From Eledone cirrhosa (Eukaryota), in assembly GCA_964016885.1 (NCBI GenBank), contig CAXHJY010001549.1, positions 124,001 to 188,000 of the forward strand: a stretch of DNA of 64,000 nucleotides, in the 5' to 3' direction. Made by a program: the position numbers and the translations under genes. Below the pieces are notes generated by a model that had not been told where the DNA came from, did no database searches, and was given only the letters and a program-made list of their open reading frames with translations. This document shows positions 1-12,499 of the stretch, piece by piece. How positions within the stretch are numbered: position 1 is the stretch's first letter; each line of letters opens with the position of its first letter.

Positions 1-294
1 AAGCTACATGGTAGCGAGACATGAGCCTTGACTGCAGAAGACCTGAAAAGGCTAAAAATAAAGTATGCACTAATGAATGTGTAATGTTAGTGTGCATGAA
101 CAACATAGCATAAGTGAACTGATAATAAAGACGCAAAATGGAGAGATTTTACATAATGAAAGCTATACTTATTTTCACAAGAGAAGAGATCTCTCACCCA
201 GTTTGGGGTGGGTCAGAGATCTCCCTGTTGGATGGAGAGAGTCGACAAGTCTGCACCAGTAACAATTTTGAAGATATTTGTAAGAGCAACTTAC

Positions 295-541
295 TTTTTT
301 TATCATTTTTCGAAACTTTAGCCTCTTTCTTTTTACCATAATTATCTGGTTCTTTAACTTTAATAAACTCTCCCCCACAAGTTTGCTGGTGTCTTGACGA
401 CCAAAGGTCATTTTTGGAAGGTGCTCGATTTGTGGCTCGTTTCACCCAGCCATAAAATGGTCTCCAGTGTTGACAAGGCCCATTACAACGCCACCAATGT
501 TGTTTGTGCAAATTAACTTCATCATAAAAGTTGTGATAAAC
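295..541 (-). CDS. SPRTN: SPRTN-like coding exon 5: zinc-binding subdomain and basic region; gene continues beyond position 1
   Basis: 247 nt; VYHNFYDEVNLHKQHWWRCNGPCQHWRPFYGWVKRATNRAPSKNDLWSSRHQQTCGGEFIKVKEPDNY...; GAG acceptor, GTAAGT donor, phase 1. Confidence 0.9.
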
Positions 542-2207
542 CTCAATAGAAATAAAGAAAAATAATCCACATGTAAAATATAAAAATCAAAGGATATTAT
601 TAAAATGATTTAAAATAAATTGAATGTCAATTCATAAACTTAATAATCCCATAGTGTGCGCGAGAGAGAGAGGGGAGAGAGAGAGAGAGAGTGTGTGTGT
701 GATCATTTTACGTCCATTCTTCCATGCTAGTATGGGTTAGACGGGTTGTCCTGTTGTGGGCAGTGCCAGGTCGGGTGAACATGTCCTGCTTATACAGGAA
801 CTGAGTTTGGCTTGATTTCTACAGCTAGAAGCCCTTCCTAACACCATATATAGTCATAATAAATACAAAAACCAAAACCCAGAGACAATGTGATAAAAGT
901 AGTATATATATATATATAAACAGATATGTGGGTGTATCATCATCGTATATATGTATATATGTATATATGCAATAATATATATAAAACTGTAGAGCAAATA
1001 TTTATTATTAGTACAGATAAAAAGTTCTTCTTTGCCCACTTATTCCTGAGAGGGTCGTGGGGGACAGAGTCCTCAAACACTCCTTCCAGCGGGTCCTGTC
1101 AGAAGCAACTGTCTCCAACTGACCCCCAAGCAAAAAGTAAGAATATAATATAGTATTAGTAACCATGCTAGCATGGAAAATGGACGTTAAACGAAGATGA
1201 TGATGAAAAGTGCGTGGCCTAGTGGTTAGAGCATTGGGATCACAATCATAAGGTTGTAAGTTCGATTCCCAGACTGGCCAATGCATTGTGTCCTTGAGCA
1301 AGACATTTTATTTCACATAGCTCTAATCCACTCAGCTGGAAAAAATGAGTTGCAATGTCACTGGTGCCAAGCTATATCAACCTTTACCTTTCTCTTGGAC
1401 AACATCAGTAGCATGGAGAGGTGAAACCAATATGCATGAGCAACTGCTGGTCTTCCACAAAAATACCCCACTGCAAACCAACAATTATTGATTACTGAAA
1501 TATTTTAAGGCAATATTCTATGCTAAAGCAGGATTTTCCTTTGCAGCTTCATAAGATAAATAGCAACAACTAGCTTACTTGAATCACCTCTGCCATTTTT
1601 TACATTAGTGTAAAATGGTTGGTGATAAGAAGGGCATCCAGTCATAGAAAACTTGCCAAACAAAGGGTTAGGAAGACTCTTCAACTATGCCAAAGATATG
1701 ACATCTTCCCTAGTGTTGGAATGCACTTGGTAGAGGGCTTGATTGTATGTGGAGTTTCCAGGCCCTACTTTCTGCTGAAGTCAGAGGCTCCACTTGAATG
1801 ATGTCAGGTCTGTGATGACATGTCCAATCTTTGCTAGCAGGAAAATCAGGTGTTAAATGACTATGGTGGTGATGATAATGATATTTTAAAATTGACATTC
1901 TTTGGCTCATATCTAATATTTTTGGTAGAGAGAAAGAGAGAGAAAAATGTCTTTAATCCTTTAGCCTTTAAACCGTCCCCCATCCGGCCAGAATTCTCGC
2001 ACCTCTTTCTGTTCAAACCAATTATATTGATGTTAAGGTGTTCTCAAAATAAATAATATCAAAATCTCATAAATTCAATATTATGTGAGGTAAAGCCTAT
2101 ACCATAAAAATATAATAGTAAATAAAAGTAATGTAAATGTTAAAGGGTTAAATAAAAACCTTAAAATACAATAGTATATATAGAGTAATGTAAATTTAAG
2201 TACTCAC

Positions 2208-2282
2208 AGTTATATTGGTACCCGCTGCTTTGTTTATACGGTACATATGTTCCTTGAATTTTGGACCATGGGGGTCACTTTC
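2208..2282 (-). CDS. SPRTN: SPRTN-like coding exon 4 (third Zn-ligand His, HGP.F motif)
   Basis: 75 nt; ESDPHGPKFKEHMYRINKAAGTNIT; CAG acceptor, GTGAGT donor. Confidence 0.92.
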
Positions 2283-2786
2283 CTGATGATAGAAATAATT
2301 TCATTAAAAATAATGGATCCTATTAAGAGAATAAAGAGATGACTAGGCCAAAATCAACCGCAATAACAAAAATGTAGGGATGCCATTGTGACATATGGTG
2401 TTTCTTGGGCCCTCTCCAGGTCTAAAAACAGCCAATGAAGGATTGAGAGAGAGAGAGGAAGAATCGACCCCAGTACTGGACTGGTACTTTTTTATTGTCC
2501 TCAAAAGGCAGTTGACACTGGCAAGATTTGAACCTGGAGTACAGTGAGCCTGAACAAAAACCGTAAAGCATTCTATCCAATGTTCTAATGATTCTGCCAA
2601 TTTGGTACCTCAGTCCTAAATATACTATGTCAGAAAAAAAAGACAAAATGGTCATGAACAGAAGACCTTTTATCAGACATCTGCTCTATACAGTGTAGTC
2701 TCGAGCTAAATAATGACATAATTAACATTATGTTATCTGAACTGAAACTAGTTTTGTTCAGAAGGGAAAACGTTTATTATACTTAC

Positions 2787-2828
2787 TTGACATTTGGTGA
2801 CATGTAGGTGGGCATGGATCATTTCATG
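2787..2828 (-). CDS. SPRTN: SPRTN-like 42-nt micro-exon with the HEXXH active site
   Basis: TTTCAG|CAT GAA ATG ATC CAT... = HEMIHAHLHVTKCQ|GTAAGT; in frame with both neighbours. Confidence 0.92.
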
Positions 2829-3925
2829 CTGAAAGTAAAGAAAAATACAAAATGAAAAAAAGAAAATATAGAGTAAATATATATACTAATTTTCACATTT
2901 TTAATATATAGACATGTAAACATGGCAAATATATGTATTTCTCTGCAAATTGAAAGAATGATATTTACACAGTTTCGTTATATATGAAGATATAACTTTG
3001 TCGTACACATTACTTGATTAGTGTACAACTTAATATATATCTTAATCCTTTAACATTTATATTACTCTATATTTACTATTGTATTTTCAAAGTAAACACT
3101 TTATTTCACATAATATCGAATCTACGAGATTTTGATATTTATTTTGAGAACAATACCTTAACATCAGTATGTGCAGCCAGTTATGGCTGGTTTGAAAGAA
3201 AGAGGTGAGAGAATTCTGGCCGGATACAGCTGGTTTAAATAACTACCAACATGAGTGTTAATAGTATGCATATCAGTACGTTCATTTCAGGATACTAATA
3301 TAAGTGATAAGGTATACAAGGTATATAAGGTATACAAGCCCATCAATTACATATTTCCTTATGGTTGTTTAGATAATATACATACTCTCTGATGAAATCC
3401 CAACTAAGCTTGAAAATCGGTTATAAGATCAGGACTTTTCAGCTGTCATAGACATGACAACCTTCCTGGTATTTGTGATTTACACATTAAAAGCACCTAG
3501 TACACTCTGTAACGTGGTTGGTGATAGGAAGGTCATCCAGCCTTAGAAAACCTGCCAAACAAAGGGTTAGAAGGATTCTTCAGCTGTGTTACATAGTGGG
3601 ATAAAAGTTATACCTGTGACATTAATCATCCAAATTTTTCAATATAGTGGAGCTAATGTTTTTTGGTTAAAATTCTGAATTGTAATACAGTGAAATTCCA
3701 TAATAACAAAATTCTCGGGGTATAAAAAAAAAATCTGTTGTAACGAAAAATTCTTTATAATGAAATCGACTGAAACAAATCAAGCATTTGTTTGTTATTA
3801 TCTCGGGTATTTAAAAAAAATTCATTATACTGAAACATTTATTATAATGGTATTTGTTATAATAGAATTTTACCTTTAGTTATTAAAATTTAAATTGAAA
3901 TGAAATAAACATTTGAATAGCTTAC

Positions 3926-4037
3926 AAGTAATGTTTCCACCAGATCTTTCCGTGATCTCAATTTGAGAAGTGGTTCACTCAATCGGATTGAACAGGCTCC
4001 ACCTTTCCCTTCTAATGGTGCCATCAAACCAGCACAT
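3926..4037 (-). CDS. SPRTN: SPRTN-like coding exon 2
   Basis: 112 nt; CAGLMAPLEGKGGACSIRLSEPLLKLRSRKDLVETLL; AAG acceptor, GTAAGC donor. Confidence 0.92.
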
Positions 4038-4950
4038 CTTGACAAAGAAATAAAATAATAATAATAATTAATATTATTGACAAAAATACATATAATATTT
4101 TATACATCATATTGAGGTGCAGGCAAGGTTGTTTGGTTCAGAGGTTTGCTTGGCACACATTTTGTCATTCATATATCATCATCATTTAACATCCGTTTAC
4201 CCTGCTAGCAAGGGTTGGGCAGGTCTACATACACCAAGTCAGTACTGAAGCAGGACCACTGACGTCCCAGACAGGCCAAGGAGGTCTGTATCCCGCTTAC
4301 GTACTTTCATTATCGGGTGCACAGAAGCTGTCATGTCTTTTGTCTCAAACTGAAGGATGCTCCTAACTCCTCGCTTGGCAAGTGTTCTACAGCTGGATGC
4401 CCTTCCTATCACCAACCACTTTACAGCAAGTACTGGGTGTGTTTATTGTGTAGATCATAAATACTAGAGAGGTTGTTGTGTCTTTGACACAGCTTCTACT
4501 GATTAACGTATGTGTGCACTCTAATCAGTTGGATCTGAATTTTAATAATACAAACTTAATTGGTTATTGAGTTGGTGGGGAAACGACAGAAGCTATGACC
4601 ATTCTATTCAACAAGCTTCGTCTTATCATCATCATCATTTTACGTCCGCTTTTTCCCTGCTTGCAAGGGTGGGACGGGAACTGATTCTGGCTTGATTTCT
4701 ACAGCTGGATGCCCTTCCTAACACCAACCTCATTTACAGTGAGTGATGGGTGCTTTTTTGCCGTGGCACCTCCACGACCACTTTGCAGTGGAATGATGGG
4801 GACCCCAGCTGAGTAAACTGGAGCAATGTGAAATAAAGTGTCTTGCTCAAGGAAACAACACATCACCCGGTCTGAGAATTGAACTCACAACCTTTCGATT
4901 GCAAGGCCAATGCTCTAACCACTAAGCCATGTGCCTCCATATATATATAT

Positions 4951-7900
4951 ATAGGCAAAATAATGAAAGAGTTACAAGCCGTTAAATCATATCTTTATAA
5001 AGATATAAATATCTGAGGCAGATATTAAAGCAAAGTTTTAATTATATACCCTATTCGGGTAAAATAATAAATTTACATCACAGTCCATATTAAATATACA
5101 TGGTTAAGTATAAAACAACGGTGGGAAGAGATTAGTATGCTAAGGGAGGTAATTACCGGAGCTAGTATAATGTTTCTTCTCTAACTATAAATATCAAATT
5201 TAAGAATAGACGCAAATGCAGCAATATGTTCCTGACATCCCTCAACTCTCTCACCGCTAAGATCAAGAACGACAGACACCTTTTCGTTGCCTCGGATAAA
5301 ACTAAGAACTTGTATAAGTTGGTTGTAAGTAGATATAGACAATTCATCCATAATGAATTAAACAAAAATTACATGAAAACGCCTATTAGCACTTTAAACG
5401 ACATTAATAGATTAGGCAAAGACATTGTAACTAGCTTAGATATAGATAAATACACTAACCCTTATGTACCTATGACACCAAAATTTTCTCTTAAGGATCA
5501 CAAATATAATTTTAACTAAAGCCCCTCTATTAGATTAATATGCCCCTCCACTTCAGATATAGGTAGAATTAGCAAAGTGATCCTTGATAGGATAATACCC
5601 AAACTTAATAGTAAAGCTAAGGTCCGTCTCTGGAACAATACCGACCAGGTCATTAAATGGTTCACAGATCTACCTGATAAGGCATCTCTGAAATTTATCC
5701 TACTACGTTTCTATTTCCCCTATACTCTTAAATAAGACCCTCATCTTAGCTAGATCTAACACTAGTTTAACTAAAAAAGAAATAGATATAGTGCTTGCAG
5801 CGCGGAGAACCATTGTTCATTTCGAGGGTTCCTACTAGACCAGAACCAACTGTCCTGATAACTTTGATATCACGACGGGGTCAAGTGACTCGGCGCAGGC
5901 AACTGACCTGGTCGGAATTTACCTCGTGCACAGACTTAGAGATGAGATCCCTGAGCTACAAGGTGTATACAGGGACGATGCCTTATTTACTGTAAAGAAC
6001 CATAGCCCCCCCCCTCCCCCCAGTAGGATAGAAAACCTTAAAAAACATATACACAAGTTCTTTAAATCATACGGCCTCTCTGTAACTATCGACCACAACC
6101 ATAATATAGTTAATTTCTTAGATGTTACGTTAGAATTAGGTACCTGCTTATACAGACCTTACCATAAGCCAGGTGAGGTCCTTTCCTACATCAACTATGC
6201 TTCTAACCACCCTAAATCTACGCTCAGCTCTATTGTGTAGATCATCTCACATAGAATCTCGAGGCTTTCTGCTAATGAAGACCTCTTCAACCAAACTGCT
6301 GATTATTATAACAAGGCATTGGCTGATTCAGGTTATAACAGCAAAATTTCACACCTCCACGACGTAGGCTCTATACAGCCCCCTCCCTCTCATGTAGGAC
6401 CAGTGTTATAGCGAGCCATACCTATAACCAATGAAACAGCGGCCCTACAAGTGTAAAAAGTATAAGAAGGGCTAATAATGCCACTTAACCATAAAGCTAG
6501 TGGGACGGGTATATTCATACCTACACCATCATGGTCCGGTTAATAATAGTAGTAACTGCAGCCTACTGGAATTATTTCCCACTTACAAGCTTAATAAAGG
6601 TGACGGTTTATTACCTACACCTTCTAACTCGCCTAGGGTAACCCTGAACTGCCGCACTGGGAGTGTCCGTGCACTCAGGCATAATGCCAACAGAGCACGC
6701 ATTATACTATAGCCTTGATAGGGACACCCACCAAGGCAATAACCCCCGTAGTAACCCCAGATCCACGCGTAATCGCCACCATAATGTCCTATGGTTCCAT
6801 CTCCCCTACTCTCGGAGTGTGGCTTCCAATTTACCCAGTATCTTTTTTGGTGCCTTAGAGAGGAACTTTCCACCTAACCACAGATACAGAAAAATCCTCA
6901 ATAAAAATAACATAAAAATCTCCTATTCCACCACATCTAATCTAGCCGACCTCATAGCAATAAGTAACCACAGCAAGTTCACTAGAATACAACATCCTAG
7001 TAATGAGAATTTTAGGGAATATGACAACTCGGTTAACCTTAACAATTCTCTCGCCCCACTCGATAACGATAGTAGTAACCAGAACAGGTACTTAGTATTA
7101 GCAGTAGATTACACAATAGCACCACATTAGAAACTAACTGCTGCACCAGTAGTGTGACCGACGACAGGGTTAGAAACCATAACAGCTCTAACAACGGCTG
7201 TAGAAGACGCTATAACATGAGAGGTGAGCGTGGTACCATTTTGCGTGTTTATAGCTATAGTAATGCCAACTACAACAATGGTAGCTATGGTGATGGTGAT
7301 AATAATAGTAATACAATTAACACCAACACTCACCACCTTAGAGGTGACAACAAAAAACATTGCAACTGTCGTAACCCTGTTAACTGTCCACTCCGAGGCT
7401 ACTGCTTGACTAGAAATATTATCTATAGATGCACGGTTACTAGTCATAATAGTGTTGTCTTACATAGGAGCTACTTCTGGGGCGTTCAAGACCAGATTTC
7501 GAGCACATTTCTACTCTTTTAGGAATAGGAAGCTTAGATACTCTACCTCCCTCGCTAATTATATTACCCAATTAAATGACTCTAATATTAGCTACACCAC
7601 TCATTGGGAAATTGTGAACCAAGCAACACCATATAACTTTTAAAAAAGCTGCCAACTCTGCCTAATGGAACTGTATTATATAGTACAAGCACCCCATGAG
7701 CTCATAAATAGTCAGGCTGAAACTGTCATCAATTGCAGCCATCGACTACAACAATCCTTCTACAAATGGAACCCAACAACTGTATAACCACCATAACACC
7801 TGATGCTCTCAACACCACATGCTGGCCTGACTTACCGGTGGTAGACTTACCATTAAACAACGTAGAATAACACCATCATCCACCCTCTGTTTTCCCACCA

Positions 7901-8798
7901 GGAAGCCGCACTACGTATATTCAGCCAGGCCTACCCCACTGTATTCTTCCACTTATCCAGACTGGTCCTTGGGTAATCTTACAGAACTGCTGCCTATACC
8001 CAAGCAACTTCTTAGACAATCGATCATATGAATATACAAATTATATCCAAATTGACTTTATTTTTCTAAGCCTTCAGATTCGCACCTAACGTGCCCCATT
8101 TCACTATTTAAACCCGTGTCTGGTCTCTAACAACTTTACTAATTATTCATACTCACACCTTAACACGGCCTCATTTACACTGAGTTGACTAACCCTACTT
8201 ATGTTAATTTCTTTTAATTGATAAAATAAAACTTTTTACATAGCTGGTAGAGGTCATTAGTTAGAGAAGAAACATTATACTAGCACCGGTAATTACCTCC
8301 CTTAGCATACTAATCTCTTCCCACCGTTGTTTTATACATCATCATCATCATCATCGTTTTACGTCCGTTCTTCCACGCTAGCATGGGTTAGACGGTTTGT
8401 CCTGTTGTGGGCAGTGTCCGGTCAGCTTACCTTGTCTTGCTCATACGGGAACTCATACGTATATTTAATATGCACTGTGATATAAATTTATTATTTTACC
8501 CAAATAGGGTATATAATTAAAACTTTGCCTTAATATCTGCCTCAGGCGAACCCCATTGGGTGAAACATGTGTAAGAGCTTTATAAAGATACGATTTAATG
8601 GCTTGTAACTCTTTCATTAATTATTTTGCCTATTACCGCTCTGCTTAATCCTGTACACTAAATATTAATTTTCTCTAATATTTAATTCTGATAACCCAAG
8701 CATCGAGCACTTACATACCCGCTTTTGGCTTGTAATACTCTGTATCGCACCTCTTTATACCTCTTCTTTCTATCCTCTTTTATGATACTGTAACATTT
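4951..8798 (+). mobile_element. Penelope-like retroelement (Naiad-type), 5'-truncated, with inverted 5' pLTR copy; ORF decayed
   Basis: Frameshifted ORF ~5190-7770 with SDKT.NLY, LKDHK, YRDD, FLDVTL, SNHP, CxCx5Cx5C linker, IIY..YIG endonuclease and CQLC..E; 4951-5186 is the reverse complement of ~8258-8633; flanked by (TA)n. Confidence 0.9.
8539..8578 (+). ncRNA. Degenerate minimal hammerhead ribozyme in the PLE pLTR
   Basis: gcct-CAGGCGA-accc(catt)gggt-GAAAC-atgt-GTA-agagc; stem II and palindromic stem III present, core altered from CUGANGA. Confidence 0.55.
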
Positions 8799-8826
8799 TA
8801 TATATATATATATATATTTATATATA

Positions 8827-10225
8827 TCATCATCATCATCGTTTAACGTCCATATTCCACGCTTGCATGGGTTTGGACGGGAGTTTTCCCACTTGAGGCA
8901 AGATTTGTTGTCCTGCTCGTGTAGGACTGTCTGGCGGGTTTTCTACGGCTGGATGCCCTTCCGAACACGAACCACGTTTACAGTCTGGACTGGGAGGTTT
9001 TTACCGTGTTACCTACACGCCCACATTACAGCATGGACTGTGTGTTTTTTTTTGTCGTGACATCTACACCTCATTTGTTTCGGACTGGATGTTGTGGTAC
9101 CAACATAACTTCACATTTAAGGGGGTGGTGTGGATGGGGTGGGGGTAGTGGGACGGGGGTGTATTTTGTTAGAGGTGCCTACTGACTGTAGGTTTCACTT
9201 TGTACTTAGGCAAGGCGGGTCTTCTGTATGACTGTGTAGCGCCAAAGATCTCGGTCCAGTGACATTGTCTTGGAGAGGTGTAAGTGTGTGAGGTCGGAAT
9301 TTATCAAGCCGTCCCAGGTTTTTCTGGGTCTGCCTGCTCCGTGGCTACCGTCTAATTTTATTGCCCTGCACTTTTTTATACAGCTGTCGTCTTTCATGCG
9401 CATCACGTGACCATACCAACGTAGTCTTCTCTCGAGTAAACAACATTTGATCCCTCTTATTCCTAATTTCTCCCTTAGTTCGTTTATGCTTTGCCATTCA
9501 CATATATTACAATTACACATCCAGCGGAGCATGCAAGCTTCGTTTCTCTCCAGTCTGCGTATATCCTCTGCACACAATGCCCAGGTCTCACTGCCATGTA
9601 ACATTGCTTTTCGTATGCAGGCATCATACAGCCTGCCTTTCATTTTTAGAGAGAACCCTTTAGCGGCCAATAGTGGTATAAGCTCTCTGAACTTTTTCCA
9701 TCCCGTTCTAACTCTAGCTACGGTACTTTCAGAGCACCCTCCAAAACTGCTGATTTTGTCACCCAGGTAACGGAAGCTGTCCACTATTTCTATAGAACCA
9801 TCTGTGCAATGGAATGAGCTAGTATTCTGTGGGCACTTGCTGCTACTTATTGCACCAGAACACCGGCCACATATAAAATCTATATTCTTAGTTAGCTTAC
9901 CTGTGATCCCACTACATCTTTTATGCACCCATACTTTGCATTTGGGACATAAAATGGAGTTTCTGCCTACTCCTTTCCTACACACTGAGCATGGCCATTT
10001 CTCAGATGGGACCGGTGCCCTATTTTCCTTCCTACAAACTAGAACTTTAGTCTTAGACAAGTTAACTTTAAGGCCTTTTGATTCTAGGCCATGCTTCCAT
10101 GTTTGGAATTTCTTCTCTAGTTCAGCCATTGATTCAGCTATGAGCATTAGATCATCTGCATATAGGAGTTCCCATGGGCAGCCAGTCTTGAACACCTCTG
10201 TTATAGCCTGAAGGGCAATAATAAA
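8827..10225 (-). mobile_element. RTE-clade LINE, 5'-truncated (RT C-terminal half, 3' UTR, (GAT)n tail)
   Basis: ORF 9206..10195 with [26 protein letters not shown] and GRPRKTW; (CAT)n on the + strand at 8827. Confidence 0.92.
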
Positions 10226-10405
10226 TATATATATATATACATATATATATAAGAATAAATGCTTTATGTAAACACAGTATCTTTCTTATACTGAACTCCA
10301 CCTACGAACGTAGAGAGCTTTCCCCTGTTTACTCCTGTTTTTACCAAAGTGGCATCCCTACTCACACGGATAAACAAATTTTTTACTGGATTTATATATC
10401 ATATG

Positions 10406-10445
<40 letters not shown>

Positions 10446-10780
10446 ATGGCGGTGGTAAAAACCAGTTAGACCATTACTCACCAGAGTACTCGATACTTGG
10501 GGTAGGAGTTCAGCCGGCGGGGTTCCAAATTTTTTCATATATATATATATATAGTAGTGAAAGAGTGAATAATAAGATGGTCGGCTGTACAGCCGACCAT
10601 CTTATTCTTCATTCTTTCACTACTATTATTCCAAGAATGACCTGCATGGGAATTCTCGCTAACTCGTTACCTAACTAAGGAAACCTCTTGTTGACTCAAA
10701 CAACGCCGTACGTTAAAACTATCCATAGTACAGAGTACTCAATACCTCTAACTGGATTACCTAAAACGATAACTTGTTAT

Positions 10781-10823
<43 letters not shown>

Positions 10824-10903
10824 GAAAGGTATAGAAATTGTTTTAGTGAGAAGCTAATAGTATTCTATAACATATAACATATATATATATATATATATAT
10901 ATA

Positions 10904-11560
10904 ACAATATTAAATAAATGGAAAACTATATTTATAAAACCATATTTATTTCATTATATATATTTCGGGGATATCATATTAACAATATGCTATGCCTTCA
11001 TCAGACAAAATACAATATAAACAGTTTTATAGATAAATATATTCGACATACCGTAATAAACATCAACTTCATTTGAAGAGGTTTAGTCTATCAGTGAAAA
11101 TACAGAGAGAAAGAAAGAGAGAAAGAAAAGAGGGAAAAAACGAAAGAAAGAAAGACAGAACGAAGAAAAGGAAGAAAAAGAAGAAAAAGAAAAAGAAGAA
11201 ATGCATGGAACAAAATAGAGAGATGGAAAAATAGATAAAGTGAAGAGCTTCATGTAAAGAGACAGAAAGATATATATATATATAGAGAGAGAGGAAATAG
11301 AGATATATACATATATATATATATAGAAAATTAGGTAGTGGGAGGTCATTTTATATTGTATTTTGTCTGATGAAGGCATAGCATATTGTTAATATGATAT
11401 CCCCGAAATATATATAATGAAATAAATATGGTTTTATAAATATAGTTTTCCATTTATTTAATATTGTAAATATACTCCAAATATTTGTCGAGTGCTTTTA
11501 TATCAGTTATAAATATTTACTAGTTGTAACCCAACAATTTTAAATATAACTTTACATATA
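10904..11560 (+). mobile_element. Non-autonomous PLE-like element with a 118-bp inverted repeat and hammerhead motif
   Basis: Arms 10904-11021 and 11350-11467 are reverse complements; CTGATGA (11367)...GAAA (11405); flanked by (TA)n. Confidence 0.7.
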
Positions 11561-12335
11561 TATATATATATATATTTTTATATATATATATATAATTGTT
11601 TCTACTTTTGGCACAAGGCCATCAATTATCCAATACTGGTACTTTATTTTATCGACCCCGTAAGGATGAAAGGCAAAGTTAACCTCGGCGGGATTTGAAC
11701 TCAGACCGCAAAGAGACGTAACTCTGCTGGAAAGCATGGCGTCCGACCCTCTACCGATACTACCAATCCACCGCCCTCTTATATATATATATATAGTGAT
11801 GGTTCCACAGCAAAAAACACCAGTCCACCCTGTAAGGTGGCAGTGCCAGAGTCATGATAAGATGCTCCTTGGACACTCTGTAAAGTAGTTGGCACAAAAA
11901 AAGGGAATCCAGCCCAAAACTGAATGTACAGGCAAAACAATCACCGGACCTGACTAGCATCAGTACGTGACAATCCGTCTGACCCATGCAAGCATGCCAA
12001 ATAGATGTTAAACAGTGATAATTGTTTCTACGTTTGCCACAAGGCCAGCAATTATCCCAGTGCATTACTGGTACTTTATTTTATCGACCCCGTAAGGATG
12101 AAAGGCAAAGTTAACTTAGGCGGGATTTAAACTCAGACCGTAAAGGGCCGTAACTCTATCTCATACATATTCATAAATAGACACATTATACAAAATAATT
12201 ATTACATAGACATCTATGAATTATTGGGGAAAGACAGGGCTGGTGAAACACTATAGCGATATGTGTGTTGCGCCCCTTTAGGGTTTACCAGCTACATAGC
12301 CTATTCGTCAAATTAACAATACAACATAGACTTAC

Positions 12336-12499
12336 GATGTCATTCTTTTACTCCACTTCAATTCTACTCGGGACAATGTTCCACCAAAGTAGGTTTTATC
12401 ATATTCCTGAAACATTGCAAAGATATCTGGTGTGGGATCGATATATTCCCATGAAGGATCGACAATTGATATTGGCCTATTCATGTCAGAATAACTCAT
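12336..12499 (-). CDS. SPRTN: SPRTN/Spartan-like DNA-protein-crosslink metalloprotease, first coding exon
   Basis: GCCATG start; MSYSDMNRPISIVDPSWEYIDPTPDIFAMFQEYDKTYFGGTLSRVELKWSKRMT(S) matches the SprT N-terminus (S.VD..WE..DP.PD...F...V...WS.RMT); GTAAGT donor, phase 2. Confidence 0.9.

Noticed and set aside
3385-3430. Hammerhead at CTGATGA...GAAA
   Set aside because: Stem II and stem I pair poorly; at best a very decayed copy
7361-7742. Selenoprotein (UGA-recoding) Naiad
   Set aside because: The Cys positions of the CxCx5Cx5C, CxxC and C.H motifs are TGT/TGC, not TGA
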